DNA of 64,000 bases from Candidatus Bathyarchaeia archaeon. GTDB lineage: Archaea > Thermoproteota > Bathyarchaeia > 40CM-2-53-6. The notes below the pieces were generated by a model that was not told the DNA's origin, did not search any database, and saw only the letters and a program-made list of their open reading frames with translations. The position numbers were made by a program, and so were the translations under genes. This document shows positions 17,999 to 27,771 of this stretch, in pieces (position 1 is the first letter of the stretch; every line of letters starts with the position of its first letter). The stretch spans positions 320,001 to 384,000 of the forward strand of contig JBEKFP010000002.1 of the NCBI GenBank assembly GCA_050013255.1, given 5' to 3'.

Positions 17999-19446
17999 TG
18001 GCTTCAGAAGGTAACCGTGAGGCCTTCCTCGAACGCGCAAACGCAGTTGCTAACGTAGTCAAAGACAACATCCAAAAAGACTCCTTCTTCGTAGCCGTTT
18101 CACACCACGATGCAGACGGGCTATCTTCTGCAGGAATAATCGGCTCAGCCCTAGCCCGTGCCAACGCCAGGTTCACTCTGAGAATAGTCGAAGAACTGCG
18201 GGAAGAGCTTGTAGAAGAGATTTCAAAAACAAAACCTGACATTGCCATCTTCACGGACATTGGGAGCGGTTACTTAGATCTGTTGAACTCACACCTCGAA
18301 GCGAAGGCCGCAATAGTACTGGATCACCATCCCCCCAACGCCGAAGCACCCGGTCGAATTACACAGCTGAACCCGCACGAGTTCGGAATAGACGGAGCGA
18401 CGAAGGTTAGCGCGGCGGGCGTTACCTACCTTGTGACTCGTGCAATGTCTCCGGGCAACAAGGACTTGAGTGCGCTTGGAATCGTCGGCGCACTGGGCGA
18501 CATGCAAGACAAGAACGAGAAAAGGTCGCTAATGGGTTTGAACGAGATCCTCGTCGAAGACGCCGTTTCGTCGGGAAACGTCAAAGTAGACACAGACCTC
18601 GTCGTCTATGGGAGGGAAACACGGCCAATTCACAGGTCGTTAGCCTACACCACAACGCCCTACATGCCCAACCTAAGCGGCCGCGAAGACAACTGCCTAA
18701 CCCTCCTCTCGAACGCTGGAATCAGGTTGAAAGACGGGGACAGGTTCCGAACAATAGCCGACCTGACACAGGATGAAAAACAGAAATTACTCAACGCCAT
18801 CATGAGCCACCTCAACTCCATAGGGTTTCAGTCAAGCGTCGTCCTCGACATGGTCGGGAGCGTGTATACACTGGTAAATGAGCCCCCAGGTGGCCCAACG
18901 AGAGACGCAAGAGAGTTCTCAGCACTATTGAACGCGTGCGGCCGCACGGGAAATCCCTCCATAGGCGTCAGCGTAGGTATGGGCGACAGAAAGACCGCCC
19001 TAGACGAGGCCAACGAGGTAGTAACAACTTACCGGAAGACCCTTGCAACCTACATGGAATGGTTAACAAAATCCCCAGAGGCGATTCAGAAATTCAAAGT
19101 AATATGGGTCATTCGCGGCGAGAATCAAATCCAAGAGAGCATGACAGGCGCATTCTCCTCAATAATCTCCTCGGCAGGTAACCTCTCAGCCGATAATGCA
19201 ATAATCGTCCTGACCAAAGCCAAGGACGGCGGGATCAAACTCTCGGCTCGGGCCCCACCTAAACTTCTGAAAATGGGTATGAACCTGGGTTCCGCGCTGA
19301 GCACCACGGCCAAGAAATACTCCGGCTTTGGGGGAGGCCACAACGTCGCCGCCGGAGCCCACATAAAAGTCGACGAGCCCACGCAATTCCTACAAGAACT
19401 CGACCAAGCCCTTCTCGACCAGATGAAACAGAACCATGGAAGCTGA
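17998..19446 (+). CDS. RecJ-like DHH-family phosphoesterase
   Basis: HHDADG, TDIGSG, LDHH, GALGD, GGGHNVAAGA (DHHA1); conserved rps15-DHH-pcc1-rps3ae context. Confidence 0.92.
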   Translation: MASEGNREAFLERANAVANVVKDNIQKDSFFVAVSHHDADGLSSAGIIGSALARANARFTLRIVEELREELVEEISKTKPDIAIFTDIGSGYLDLLNSHLEAKAAIVLDHHPPNAEAPGRITQLNPHEFGIDGATKVSAAGVTYLVTRAMSPGNKDLSALGIVGALGDMQDKNEKRSLMGLNEILVEDAVSSGNVKVDTDLVVYGRETRPIHRSLAYTTTPYMPNLSGREDNCLTLLSNAGIRLKDGDRFRTIADLTQDEKQKLLNAIMSHLNSIGFQSSVVLDMVGSVYTLVNEPPGGPTRDAREFSALLNACGRTGNPSIGVSVGMGDRKTALDEANEVVTTYRKTLATYMEWLTKSPEAIQKFKVIWVIRGENQIQESMTGAFSSIISSAGNLSADNAIIVLTKAKDGGIKLSARAPPKLLKMGMNLGSALSTTAKKYSGFGGGHNVAAGAHIKVDEPTQFLQELDQALLDQMKQNHGS

Positions 19447-19693
19447 AATTTCACTTCAATACCCCTCCGCCCTTTTCGCAAAGAGCGTTATGAAGGGCAT
19501 ATTACCCGAAAACAAACTACCCGACCGACGTATGCAACTTCACGCCAACGTCCGCGGAAAAACGCTGAAAGTCACTGTGAAGCGCTGCGAGAGAATCGAA
19601 ACATTGCAAGCCACGGTCCAAGATATTTTCCGTTGCATACGCGCCGCCGAATCTTCCCTCATGAAACTCTCGCCTTCTCGGCAGTCTCAGTGA
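19436..19693 (+). CDS. KEOPS Pcc1-family protein
   Basis: 85 aa; A.ISLQY...ILPEN...LKVTV...TLQATVQDIFRCI pattern; conserved context. Confidence 0.8.
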   Translation: MEAEISLQYPSALFAKSVMKGILPENKLPDRRMQLHANVRGKTLKVTVKRCERIETLQATVQDIFRCIRAAESSLMKLSPSRQSQ

Positions 19694-19776
19694 AGACCGC
19701 GTAAATCCTGCTCTGAACGCTTTAAATACTGCCCAACGGGTAGGTTGCTGAATTCCGAGGTTACGGTGGAAAATCG

Positions 19777-20442
19777 TTGTCTAAAGCCACGAGAAAGGTT
19801 AGGGACAAGTGGAGGCTGAAGGAATGGTACGACGTTTACAGCCCCTCATACTTCGGAGAAAATCTTGTTGCTAGCATACCATGTGAAATCCCGGCCGCAA
19901 TAATAGGTCGAGTTGTCGAAACCACACTCTACGACATAACGAACGATTTCGCCCACCAATCAATCAAATTATACTTCCTAGTCGTGAACGCACAAGACCA
20001 CAGGGCAACTACGATTCTGAAATCACACGAATATGCAACCGACTACCTCCGCAGCCTAGTCCGGCGCGGCAGCACTCGAATGGACGGAATCTTCACCGCG
20101 ACTACGAGGGACCAATACTCCTCAAGAATTTCGATTGTGGCCTTCACCCGGGACAGGATAAAAGCGTCACAGGAGCATGGCGTTCGACAGATTATGCGGC
20201 AGATTGTTGAAGACAAAGCCACGAACCTAAACTACGACCAGCTAGCCCAAGAGACTGTCCTCGGCAAACTGGGGTCGGACATCTACAACCTTGCGAAGAA
20301 AATCGCACCCCTAAGGCACGTGGGCGTTAGAAAATCGAGGCTAGTCTCGATTCCGGCAGGGGTTATCGCAACCGCCGCCCAAGTCACCGAACAAGCCAAA
20401 GCAGCTAGTGTGGCTAGTCCGGCGGCACAGCCTAACGCGTAG
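19777..20442 (+). CDS. rps3ae: 30S ribosomal protein S3Ae
   Basis: VRDKWRLKEWY, GRVVETTLYDITND, DYLRSLVRRG. Confidence 0.97.
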   Translation: MSKATRKVRDKWRLKEWYDVYSPSYFGENLVASIPCEIPAAIIGRVVETTLYDITNDFAHQSIKLYFLVVNAQDHRATTILKSHEYATDYLRSLVRRGSTRMDGIFTATTRDQYSSRISIVAFTRDRIKASQEHGVRQIMRQIVEDKATNLNYDQLAQETVLGKLGSDIYNLAKKIAPLRHVGVRKSRLVSIPAGVIATAAQVTEQAKAASVASPAAQPNA

Positions 20443-20710
20443 TCCTCTTATACATTCGCTTAATCTCCTCTTGTATCTCGTCCAGGTCGCGTTGCAATTC
20501 ATCCACCTTCATCTTCGCAGCGCTGTCAATGCTATCGCTCCCGCCTGAACTCGAAACCACATTGGTCAACTGATCAGCTTTGCTCGTTGCAAGGCGCAAC
20601 TTTTCCTGAATGTCTGCGGTCCTCTCAAGGCCATAAACGAAACCAGCTAAACCTGCAGTCAGGGCGCCCGCAGCCACACCGGCTATGAAAGAAAAAACGT
20701 CAAAAACCAT
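20432..20710 (-). CDS. Hypothetical membrane-anchored coiled-coil protein
   Basis: N-terminal Gly/Ala-rich TM helix followed by heptad repeats. Confidence 0.6.
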   Translation of the reverse strand: MVFDVFSFIAGVAAGALTAGLAGFVYGLERTADIQEKLRLATSKADQLTNVVSSSGGSDSIDSAAKMKVDELQRDLDEIQEEIKRMYKRTTR

Positions 20711-20819
20711 AATCGCCACACAACACCAACCCAATCCATGCAATATATGCTAATTTAAAGCGCTAAGCCACCATAACCCAAATTGAAGCTAACGCTAACG
20801 AGTGGTAGTGTGGCGCAGT

Positions 20820-22100
20820 ATGAAGGCAGTTGTTCTGGCTGCGGGAGAAGGGACACGAATGTGGCCACTCGCAGCAACAAAACCAAAACACCTACTCCCA
20901 GTCGCTGGAAAACCAATCATCTCATACATTCTCCAAGCACTCACTGACAACTCTGTAAGAGATATCCTAATGGTCGTCGGCTTCAAAGGCGACCAGATCG
21001 AATCAGCCCTAGGCGACGGCGCACACTACGGCGTCCACATCGAGTACCTAAACCAACCACGCTGGACTGGAACGGCGTCCGCGCTCAAAGTTGCCCACGC
21101 TGCGGTGGGAGACGAACCCTTCCTCGCAATATATGGGGACCTCTGGGTAAGCTCAGCAGCTATCCAGGCAGTTGTTGAAAAATCTCAGGAATCCTCCAAG
21201 GTCATGGGGGTCGTCCGCGTAGAGAACCCTTCCGAATTCGGGGTTGTAACCCTCCGTGGTGAAAGGCTTGCTGCAATCCGTGAAAAGCCTTCAAAATCAC
21301 GCCAAACTGAAGGCTGGGTAAACTCTGGCATATACGTCCTAGACCAGGAAGTCTTCGCGGCCGTAGAGAAAACTCCCAAGTCCAGGAGAGCGGAGTACGA
21401 ACTGACCAGTTCCCTACAACAATTGCTCGACGAAGGGAAGGAGGTTATGGGCGCAGTCATTGCACGGGAAGATTGGATGGATGTCGGCAGGCCCTGGGAC
21501 CTCCTCGAAGCCAATGAGAGAGTCCTAGCGAACTTACCACACCGAGTAAATGGAACGGTTGAACAAGGCGCGGTTCTAAAGGGCCCTATCTGGCTCGAGG
21601 AGAGCGCATCAATCAAATCGGGCAGTTACATTGAAGGACCCGTATACATCGGCAAAGAGAGCAGAGTCGGGCCCAACGCGAGAATTCGTCCCTCCACAAG
21701 TATTGAAGACAACGTCCTTGTGGGGACATCCTGCGAAGTCAAGAATAGCCTAATCATGGCCGGGACGAGGGTCCCACACCTCTCCTACATCGGTGACAGC
21801 ATAATCGGCGAAAACTGCAACCTAGCTGCCGGAACCATAACCGCAAACATACGCCTAGACCAAAGGGTACTCAGTTTGAAGGTTAAGGGTCAATTGCAGA
21901 GTACGGGAAGGAAGAAGCTCGGCGTCATAATGGGTGATGAAGTTCAAACGGGAATCAATGCAAACACCATGCCAGGCGTCAGAATAGGATCAGGCTCGTA
22001 CGTCGGCCCTGGTACGATTATTCTGAAAGATGTTCCGTCTGGACAGATAGTGTTCGTGAAGCAACCGCTCGTGAAAAAACCTGCGGGTAAGCGCAAGTAG
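20820..22100 (+). CDS. glmU: Bifunctional sugar-1-phosphate nucleotidyltransferase/acetyltransferase (GlmU-like)
   Basis: KAVVLAAGEGTRMWPL..PK, WMDVGRPWDLL, hexapeptide repeats, HLSYIGDSIIG. Confidence 0.9.
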   Translation: MKAVVLAAGEGTRMWPLAATKPKHLLPVAGKPIISYILQALTDNSVRDILMVVGFKGDQIESALGDGAHYGVHIEYLNQPRWTGTASALKVAHAAVGDEPFLAIYGDLWVSSAAIQAVVEKSQESSKVMGVVRVENPSEFGVVTLRGERLAAIREKPSKSRQTEGWVNSGIYVLDQEVFAAVEKTPKSRRAEYELTSSLQQLLDEGKEVMGAVIAREDWMDVGRPWDLLEANERVLANLPHRVNGTVEQGAVLKGPIWLEESASIKSGSYIEGPVYIGKESRVGPNARIRPSTSIEDNVLVGTSCEVKNSLIMAGTRVPHLSYIGDSIIGENCNLAAGTITANIRLDQRVLSLKVKGQLQSTGRKKLGVIMGDEVQTGINANTMPGVRIGSGSYVGPGTIILKDVPSGQIVFVKQPLVKKPAGKRK

Positions 22101-22119
22101 GCAAGCTTTCCTTTTCGCG

Positions 22120-23331
22120 CTAGGCATGTCTCTTAGCGCTCACAATTGAAATTACGTCTCTGTCCTTTAAGACATATTCATCTGAAACTCGCATCTTCGA
22201 CCTGACCTCAGTCGCGTACAGGAATCCTGCTGCGAGATCAGAATGGATCATTCCCGCGAACTGTTTCGCGGTTGTCCCGTATGGCACGAGGTACGCGTCT
22301 GGGAGAACCCTGCCTTTGTGGTCGGTGAGCTTTTCCGGGTCCTCTACCGGGTACACCGTAACCATCTGGAGCAGTTTGAAGAAGGCCAAGTTTAACGCTT
22401 CCTGAACTCCGGTCGAGCCTAGCGGAATGAGGACCTTCTCCTTGATTCTCGTCAGGGCGTTGACCTGTTCGGGTGAAAGCTTGCTCTTATCGCTGATTCC
22501 GAAATTGCCATCGCCTGGGACGTAGGATATGATGTCCTTCTCTGCAGCCCTTCTCAGGGCAAGTTCGGCTTCGGCGCAACAGGGAACAACCATGTAGCCC
22601 ATTGATCGCAACGCTTCCAAGTTCTTCTCAGCCGGTGGGACATCCATCTTGTTGGCTGCGATTAGGAGGGGTTTCGAATCCTTACGAAGCTCGGTGATGA
22701 GGCTGAGAAGGTTCTCGTCGGACCAGGCGCTAGGTTTCTCGAAGTTGAGTTTGGTTTTGGTCTTGGCTGAGAGCAAGTGGGCCTTGCGAATTCCAAGTCC
22801 GCTCAGTTTCTCTTCTAGGGTCAGCAGAAGGTCGCCTTTGGCTCCTTCAACCTCCCTGACGGCGCGGGCCCATTCTTTCTTGACGATCTGCAGAATCCAC
22901 ATGTCCAGTTCATGTTCAAGAAAATGCACATCTTCCTTGGGGTCGTGGGTTCCTGGGTCGCATGGCTTTCCTTCAGAATCGGTTCCACCCGAGGCGTCTA
23001 CGACATGGATGAGTGCATCTGCTTGGCGAATTTCATCTAGAAACTGGTTCCCTAGGCCTCGGCCCTGCCATGCACCTGGAACTAGGCCGGCGCAGTCAAC
23101 GATTTCGACTGGGACCAGCCGTATGGAATTGACGCAGGTGGAGTTGCCGGGCGAGTCGGTGACATTGAATTCAGTGTGTACGCAGGGCGTTCTGACGTAT
23201 CCCATGCCGATGTTGGGCTTTATCGTTGTGAAGGGATAGTTGGCGATCGGGACATGCGCTAGAGTGGCGGCACTGAAGAATGTGCTTTTCCCTACGTTGG
23301 GTTTCCCAACGACACCGACGATGCGTGGCAA
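22120..23331 (-). CDS. ychF: OBG-family YchF-like NTPase with TGS domain
   Basis: GKPNVGKST, NYPFTTI, DCAGLV, ANKMD, C-terminal TGS domain. Confidence 0.92.
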   Translation of the reverse strand: MPRIVGVVGKPNVGKSTFFSAATLAHVPIANYPFTTIKPNIGMGYVRTPCVHTEFNVTDSPGNSTCVNSIRLVPVEIVDCAGLVPGAWQGRGLGNQFLDEIRQADALIHVVDASGGTDSEGKPCDPGTHDPKEDVHFLEHELDMWILQIVKKEWARAVREVEGAKGDLLLTLEEKLSGLGIRKAHLLSAKTKTKLNFEKPSAWSDENLLSLITELRKDSKPLLIAANKMDVPPAEKNLEALRSMGYMVVPCCAEAELALRRAAEKDIISYVPGDGNFGISDKSKLSPEQVNALTRIKEKVLIPLGSTGVQEALNLAFFKLLQMVTVYPVEDPEKLTDHKGRVLPDAYLVPYGTTAKQFAGMIHSDLAAGFLYATEVRSKMRVSDEYVLKDRDVISIVSAKRHA

Positions 23332-23353
23332 ATGCGAATTTCCTAAGGCGCCT

Positions 23354-24040
23354 CTAGCTGCCTGGGGGGAGGCCGGTTATCCGAATTCCTGCATTTTTGA
23401 CCTTATAACGAATATTGATGCCGATTAGGAGGGCAGTAATTTGTTCCACTATTCGTGAATTCTCCAAGCGGCCTCCATCTATGGCCCTAACGCCAGGTAT
23501 TTTCATCGCAAGGTCCATGGCGACCTTTCTGACCTCTTGAGAATCGCCGCATACTATGACATCCGAATCCACATCACGGCTGATGTCCTGCAATGACTCT
23601 GCGACTACGTTGTGGAATGCGGACGCGATCTTCGTGTGCGGCGGGAGCAGTTTGGCCGCCTGTTGCGCGGCTGAGCCTTCCCAGACTCCGAGCGCTGTCG
23701 ACGCGCCCCCTCCCACGGCTGTGGAGAGTGGGACTACGACGTCTACGAAGACATCGTCCGGTTTGATGCTGTCATGAACTGACTTTATCATATCCACGTG
23801 GGCTGCGAAGGGGACCGACATGACGATTATGTCCGCTGCAGCTGCTGCCTTCGGGTTTTCCATACCTGAAACTGAACCTTTTCCCCCAAGGGCATCCCGA
23901 GCCCTCTTGGCAGCGTCCTCGGCTTTCTGCTGCTGCCTTGACCCAATGATGATTGTTTCCCCCGCCTTGGCCCAACGAAGGACCAATCCAAAACCTTGAT
24001 CGCCTGTTCCACCGATTACTGCTATGGTTCGATTAGGCAT
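23354..24040 (-). CDS. npdG: NADPH-dependent F420 reductase (F420H2:NADP+ oxidoreductase)
   Basis: GGTGDQGFGL, IIGSR, GSAAQ, SAFHNV, VEQITALLIGIN. Confidence 0.92.
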   Translation of the reverse strand: MPNRTIAVIGGTGDQGFGLVLRWAKAGETIIIGSRQQQKAEDAAKRARDALGGKGSVSGMENPKAAAAADIIVMSVPFAAHVDMIKSVHDSIKPDDVFVDVVVPLSTAVGGGASTALGVWEGSAAQQAAKLLPPHTKIASAFHNVVAESLQDISRDVDSDVIVCGDSQEVRKVAMDLAMKIPGVRAIDGGRLENSRIVEQITALLIGINIRYKVKNAGIRITGLPPGS

Positions 24041-24128
24041 TGTCTAAGGCACCGTGAAATTCTTGGCAGTAGAATACGGGATTAAAGGCTAGCTCCCCAA
24101 GTCCAGAAATGGAACGTTCCACTTCAAC

Positions 24129-25463
24129 TCAGGTTGGAAACTCTTGAATGAACCCGCCCCTCATCATATACCGCGCTTGTTCGCGCGCGCGTTTGATGAT
24201 CGACCTAGCGCCCGTGTACACTTCCTCATGACTACGCTTTAGTCTCGCAACTCCTTGCTCAATCGCCTTCTCAGCAACCGCGGTTGCCTCACGCGGGAAT
24301 ACTTCCCAATCATCCATGGTGGGAATGATGTTCTTCGCTGATAGTCCTCGCTCCTCTGCTAATTTAGCGAGTTCAAACGCCGCTGCTAAACACATTTCAT
24401 CAGTGATCGTTCGTGCTCGAATGTCAATTGTTCCTCTGAATATTCCGGGGAAGCCGAGTGAGTTGTTGAGTTGGTTAGGGAAATCGGAACGGCCGGTAGC
24501 GACAACCGCGGCACCTCCTTCTTCCGCCTCCCACGGCCAAATTTCTGGAATCGGGTTGGCGCACGCGAAGACAATGGCGTCTTTGCTCATCCTGGAAACC
24601 TGTTCCTTCTTCAGCACTCCCGGCCCTGGCGTGGATAGGGCGATGCAAGCATCAGTCCCATCCATAGCTGCGTCCACGCCTCCTTCCTTTCCTTCTGAGT
24701 TAGTGGTTTGGCAAAGTTTCCATTTCTTTGGCGAAGTATTTTCGAGGTCTTTTCTATTACGGTGCAATATACCCTTACTATCAACGAGTATGAGGTTGTC
24801 CGCTTTTGCTCCAGCCAAGACCATAAGACGGGCGAGGGCAACGTTTGCAGCTCCTGCCCCGATCATTGATACTTTAACCTCGGACATCTTCTTTCCTACA
24901 ACTTTGAGCGCATTGACGAAACCCGCTAGAACTACGGTGGCGGTTCCTTGTTGGTCGTCGTGCCAGACGGGAATATCGAGTTGGCCTTGAAGGGCATCGA
25001 GCACCTCAAAACACTTCGGTTGAGCGATGTCCTCTAGGTTGATTCCGCCAAACGAGGGCTGTATCCATTTAACAGCCGAAACGATTTCTTCGACCTTCTT
25101 GGTTCCAAGGCAGATCGGAAAGGCATCGATGCCGCCAAGGTACTTGTACAGCAAGGCTTTTCCCTCCATTACGGGGAGTCCCGCCTCCGGCCCAATGTCG
25201 CCTAGGCCAAGAATTCTTGAGCCATCAGTCACAATGGCTATTGTGTTCCACTTGTTTGTGTTCTCGTAGACAGCTTCCGGCCTAGACTTGATTGCCTCGC
25301 AAGCTTCGGCAACGCCGGGTGTGTACCAAATCGCGAAGTCGTCAAAGGTGCGGATCGGGCACTTCGGAACAATCTCAATTTTTCCGCGGTAAAACGGGTG
25401 GTACTTTAGCGCGAGTTGTGCGGGTAGGTATGCTTTCCTTAATGATTCGTCGGTTGGTTTCAT
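24129..25463 (-). CDS. NAD(P)-dependent malic enzyme
   Basis: YTPGVA, GLPVMEGKA, GGINLEDI, HDDQQGT, ANPIPEIWP, TGRSDFPNQLNN. Confidence 0.96.
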   Translation of the reverse strand: MKPTDESLRKAYLPAQLALKYHPFYRGKIEIVPKCPIRTFDDFAIWYTPGVAEACEAIKSRPEAVYENTNKWNTIAIVTDGSRILGLGDIGPEAGLPVMEGKALLYKYLGGIDAFPICLGTKKVEEIVSAVKWIQPSFGGINLEDIAQPKCFEVLDALQGQLDIPVWHDDQQGTATVVLAGFVNALKVVGKKMSEVKVSMIGAGAANVALARLMVLAGAKADNLILVDSKGILHRNRKDLENTSPKKWKLCQTTNSEGKEGGVDAAMDGTDACIALSTPGPGVLKKEQVSRMSKDAIVFACANPIPEIWPWEAEEGGAAVVATGRSDFPNQLNNSLGFPGIFRGTIDIRARTITDEMCLAAAFELAKLAEERGLSAKNIIPTMDDWEVFPREATAVAEKAIEQGVARLKRSHEEVYTGARSIIKRAREQARYMMRGGFIQEFPT

Positions 25464-25591
25464 TCCTCAACTTCCTCCCATAGTCTGCAAGCCACTTAAA
25501 TAGCAGCACTACTCTCAAACTGCCGGAAGCTCAAAGAAAAACACCTTTCGTCTTAAAGCTTCACAAAAATCGGTTGCGGTCGAAATATCCC

Positions 25592-26023
25592 ATGGGCACA
25601 TACAAGTACTTGGCTGAAACTTGGAACCAGCGAAAGAAAGCCGACCTACAGTTGTATCTTCGGCAACTCGCCATAAAATGGAGAAGGGAACCCACAGTCC
25701 ACAGAGTTGAACACCCAACAAGACTTGACCGAGCCAGGGCTCTTGGCTACAAGGCCAAGCAAGGGTACGTTGTGGTTCGCGTGCGCATAAGAAAAGGAGG
25801 CGCCCGAAAGCCGCGCCCAAGATCAGGTCGTAGGCAGAAAGCCTTGGGCGTAACAAGGTACACTAGAGCTATGAGTCTGAGGAACATTGCTGAAGAAAAA
25901 GCAAAGAAAAAGTACCCAAACCTTCGAGTCATGAACTCGTATTACGTTTGGGAAGACGGGAGGCATCACTGGTTTGAAACCATACTCCGTGACCCACACA
26001 ATCCCTCCTCAGCAATCGCGTAA
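25592..26023 (+). CDS. rpl15e: 50S ribosomal protein L15e (short form)
   Basis: PTRLDRARALGYKAKQG, YPNLRVMNSYYVWEDG. Confidence 0.96.
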   Translation: MGTYKYLAETWNQRKKADLQLYLRQLAIKWRREPTVHRVEHPTRLDRARALGYKAKQGYVVVRVRIRKGGARKPRPRSGRRQKALGVTRYTRAMSLRNIAEEKAKKKYPNLRVMNSYYVWEDGRHHWFETILRDPHNPSSAIA

Positions 26024-26089
26024 AAAAGTTAAACGGACCCTCATTCGAAAGTTAGGTTCACTCGTCCACCGTTTAGGGACGCGGCCACA

Positions 26090-26890
26090 TTGCATAAGCC
26101 GCTAATCGTCATAAAACTAGGGGGCTCCGCCCTCACCGACAAGACAAGAATCTACACACCACGAATCCCCATAATTCACAGCGCCGCCAGCCAGGTCGCG
26201 GAAATTCGTAAAGATTGCTCAGTTATCCTCATACACGGGGCTGGAAGCTACGGCCACATCCCAGTCAGAAAATACGGGCTCCAACAGGGTTGGAAGAGCC
26301 CCAAGCAACTCAGAGGCTTGAGCTCAACAAAGTTCAAGCTCCTAGAGTGGGAAAACCTACTCGATGAAATACTCCTAGAACACGGGGTGCCCGTGATGCC
26401 TTTTCTTGCTTCCGATTTCTTCGTCACAGAAAAAGGAAGAATCGTTTCAGCGTGGTTAAAACCGTTAGCGAGTTGGCTGCGTTTAGGTTGCGTTCCTATC
26501 ACGGGGGGCGACATAGTACCGGACAGTAGGAACGGCTTCTCAATACTCTCCGGCGATCAAATCGCCGCGTTCATTGCTATCAGACTGAAGGCGACAAGAT
26601 TGATCTACGCTGTCGACGTCGATGGAGTATTCAACGCCAACCCAACCCTTGACTCTAATGCGCAACTTCTGGAAACCCTTACGCCATCCTTCGCCCGCCG
26701 CCTTGTTTCGAGAGCGATGTCGGCGACGACGCCTGACGTTACTGGGGGAATGGCGGGAAAAATCAGCGAATCCCTCTCCGCAACGCGTCATCGCATACCT
26801 GTTTACTTCGTGAACTTGACTAAGAGTGGTAGGCTACGCAAGGCTGCGTTAGGGCAAAAGGTCACCAGTTCTAGGCTCATACTGCGCTGA
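26090..26890 (+). CDS. ipk: Isopentenyl phosphate kinase
   Basis: IKLGGSALTDK, HGAGSYGH, SGDQI, DVTGGMAGK. Confidence 0.9.
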   Translation: MHKPLIVIKLGGSALTDKTRIYTPRIPIIHSAASQVAEIRKDCSVILIHGAGSYGHIPVRKYGLQQGWKSPKQLRGLSSTKFKLLEWENLLDEILLEHGVPVMPFLASDFFVTEKGRIVSAWLKPLASWLRLGCVPITGGDIVPDSRNGFSILSGDQIAAFIAIRLKATRLIYAVDVDGVFNANPTLDSNAQLLETLTPSFARRLVSRAMSATTPDVTGGMAGKISESLSATRHRIPVYFVNLTKSGRLRKAALGQKVTSSRLILR

Positions 26891-26893
26891 GTG

Positions 26894-27232
26894 TTAGAGC
26901 AGGGGAAGGTCGCCTGTTATCTTGTCGACAAGCTCTGCCGGCGCCGGACCTATACCCACGCATGTAGCAGTGCCGGGTTCCACCTGGGTTAGGCCGCTAT
27001 CGTGGATTATAGCTGAAGCCAGACCTAATTCCTCGGCGCTCTTTCGTAGGTCCATTAATTTGCTTTCAGAATTCACCTTTACTACAACCTTAGCCTGCCC
27101 CTCGTGGAACCATTCTCTCCACCAGTCGGGGTGCTGCTTGCGGGTCTCCTCAGCAACTGTGACTGCAGCATGTCCAACCTGTACAGCAATCTTACCTTTG
27201 CCCATCTCCAAGTCGCGCCTCACTGCAACCAC
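26894..27232 (-). CDS. pth2: Peptidyl-tRNA hydrolase Pth2
   Basis: VRRDLEMGKGKIAVQVGHA, GQAKVVVK, DSGLTQVEPGT, DKITGDLPLL. Confidence 0.96.
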   Translation of the reverse strand: MVAVRRDLEMGKGKIAVQVGHAAVTVAEETRKQHPDWWREWFHEGQAKVVVKVNSESKLMDLRKSAEELGLASAIIHDSGLTQVEPGTATCVGIGPAPAELVDKITGDLPLL

Positions 27233-27326
27233 GAGTTTATACTTGAAATCCGGCGTAGCCGAAACCCCGCCTTTAATTCAGCCATGTGGCAAATAAGTGC
27301 AAACAAGGGGCGCCAGGTGCCGAAAA

Positions 27327-27770
27327 TTGAGTGTACATGCCGTTCAGTCCGTTGAGATTAGCGCTATCGCCCACGCGACTGACGATCTCGAGAAGGTTCA
27401 GGCTGCGCTTACAACTATCTTGCCTGAATCTTTGAAGGGCCGGCAACTGTTCACAAGAAGGTATCTGGAAGGGCATTACAGAAATCCTATCACAACTTTT
27501 GAGGCAAGGCTCACCAAACCCGCAGATGTTGAAGTGTTCACCAGCAACTTCTTTCGTCAGTTATCGAAGAGCGAAAAGCTCCGAATCGAAAGAGATCTCG
27601 CACTCCATTCCGATCCGGAAGGCAACCTTTACGTCCGAATCGATAAACAGAGAGCGTTTCGTGGAATAATCGAACTAGGGGAGGAAGACCCAATCCGTAT
27701 CCGATTGAAGTTCAATCGTCTAAGCGGCGAAGTTACGCAACTCATGAAGGTAGCCCTGGAGGCAGAGTAA
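27327..27770 (+). CDS. RNA-binding protein, DUF54/PF01877 family
   Basis: HATDD..KV, GHYRNPI, LYVRIDKQ; precedes the RNase P subunits as usual. Confidence 0.88.
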   Translation: MSVHAVQSVEISAIAHATDDLEKVQAALTTILPESLKGRQLFTRRYLEGHYRNPITTFEARLTKPADVEVFTSNFFRQLSKSEKLRIERDLALHSDPEGNLYVRIDKQRAFRGIIELGEEDPIRIRLKFNRLSGEVTQLMKVALEAE

Positions 27771-27771
27771 C

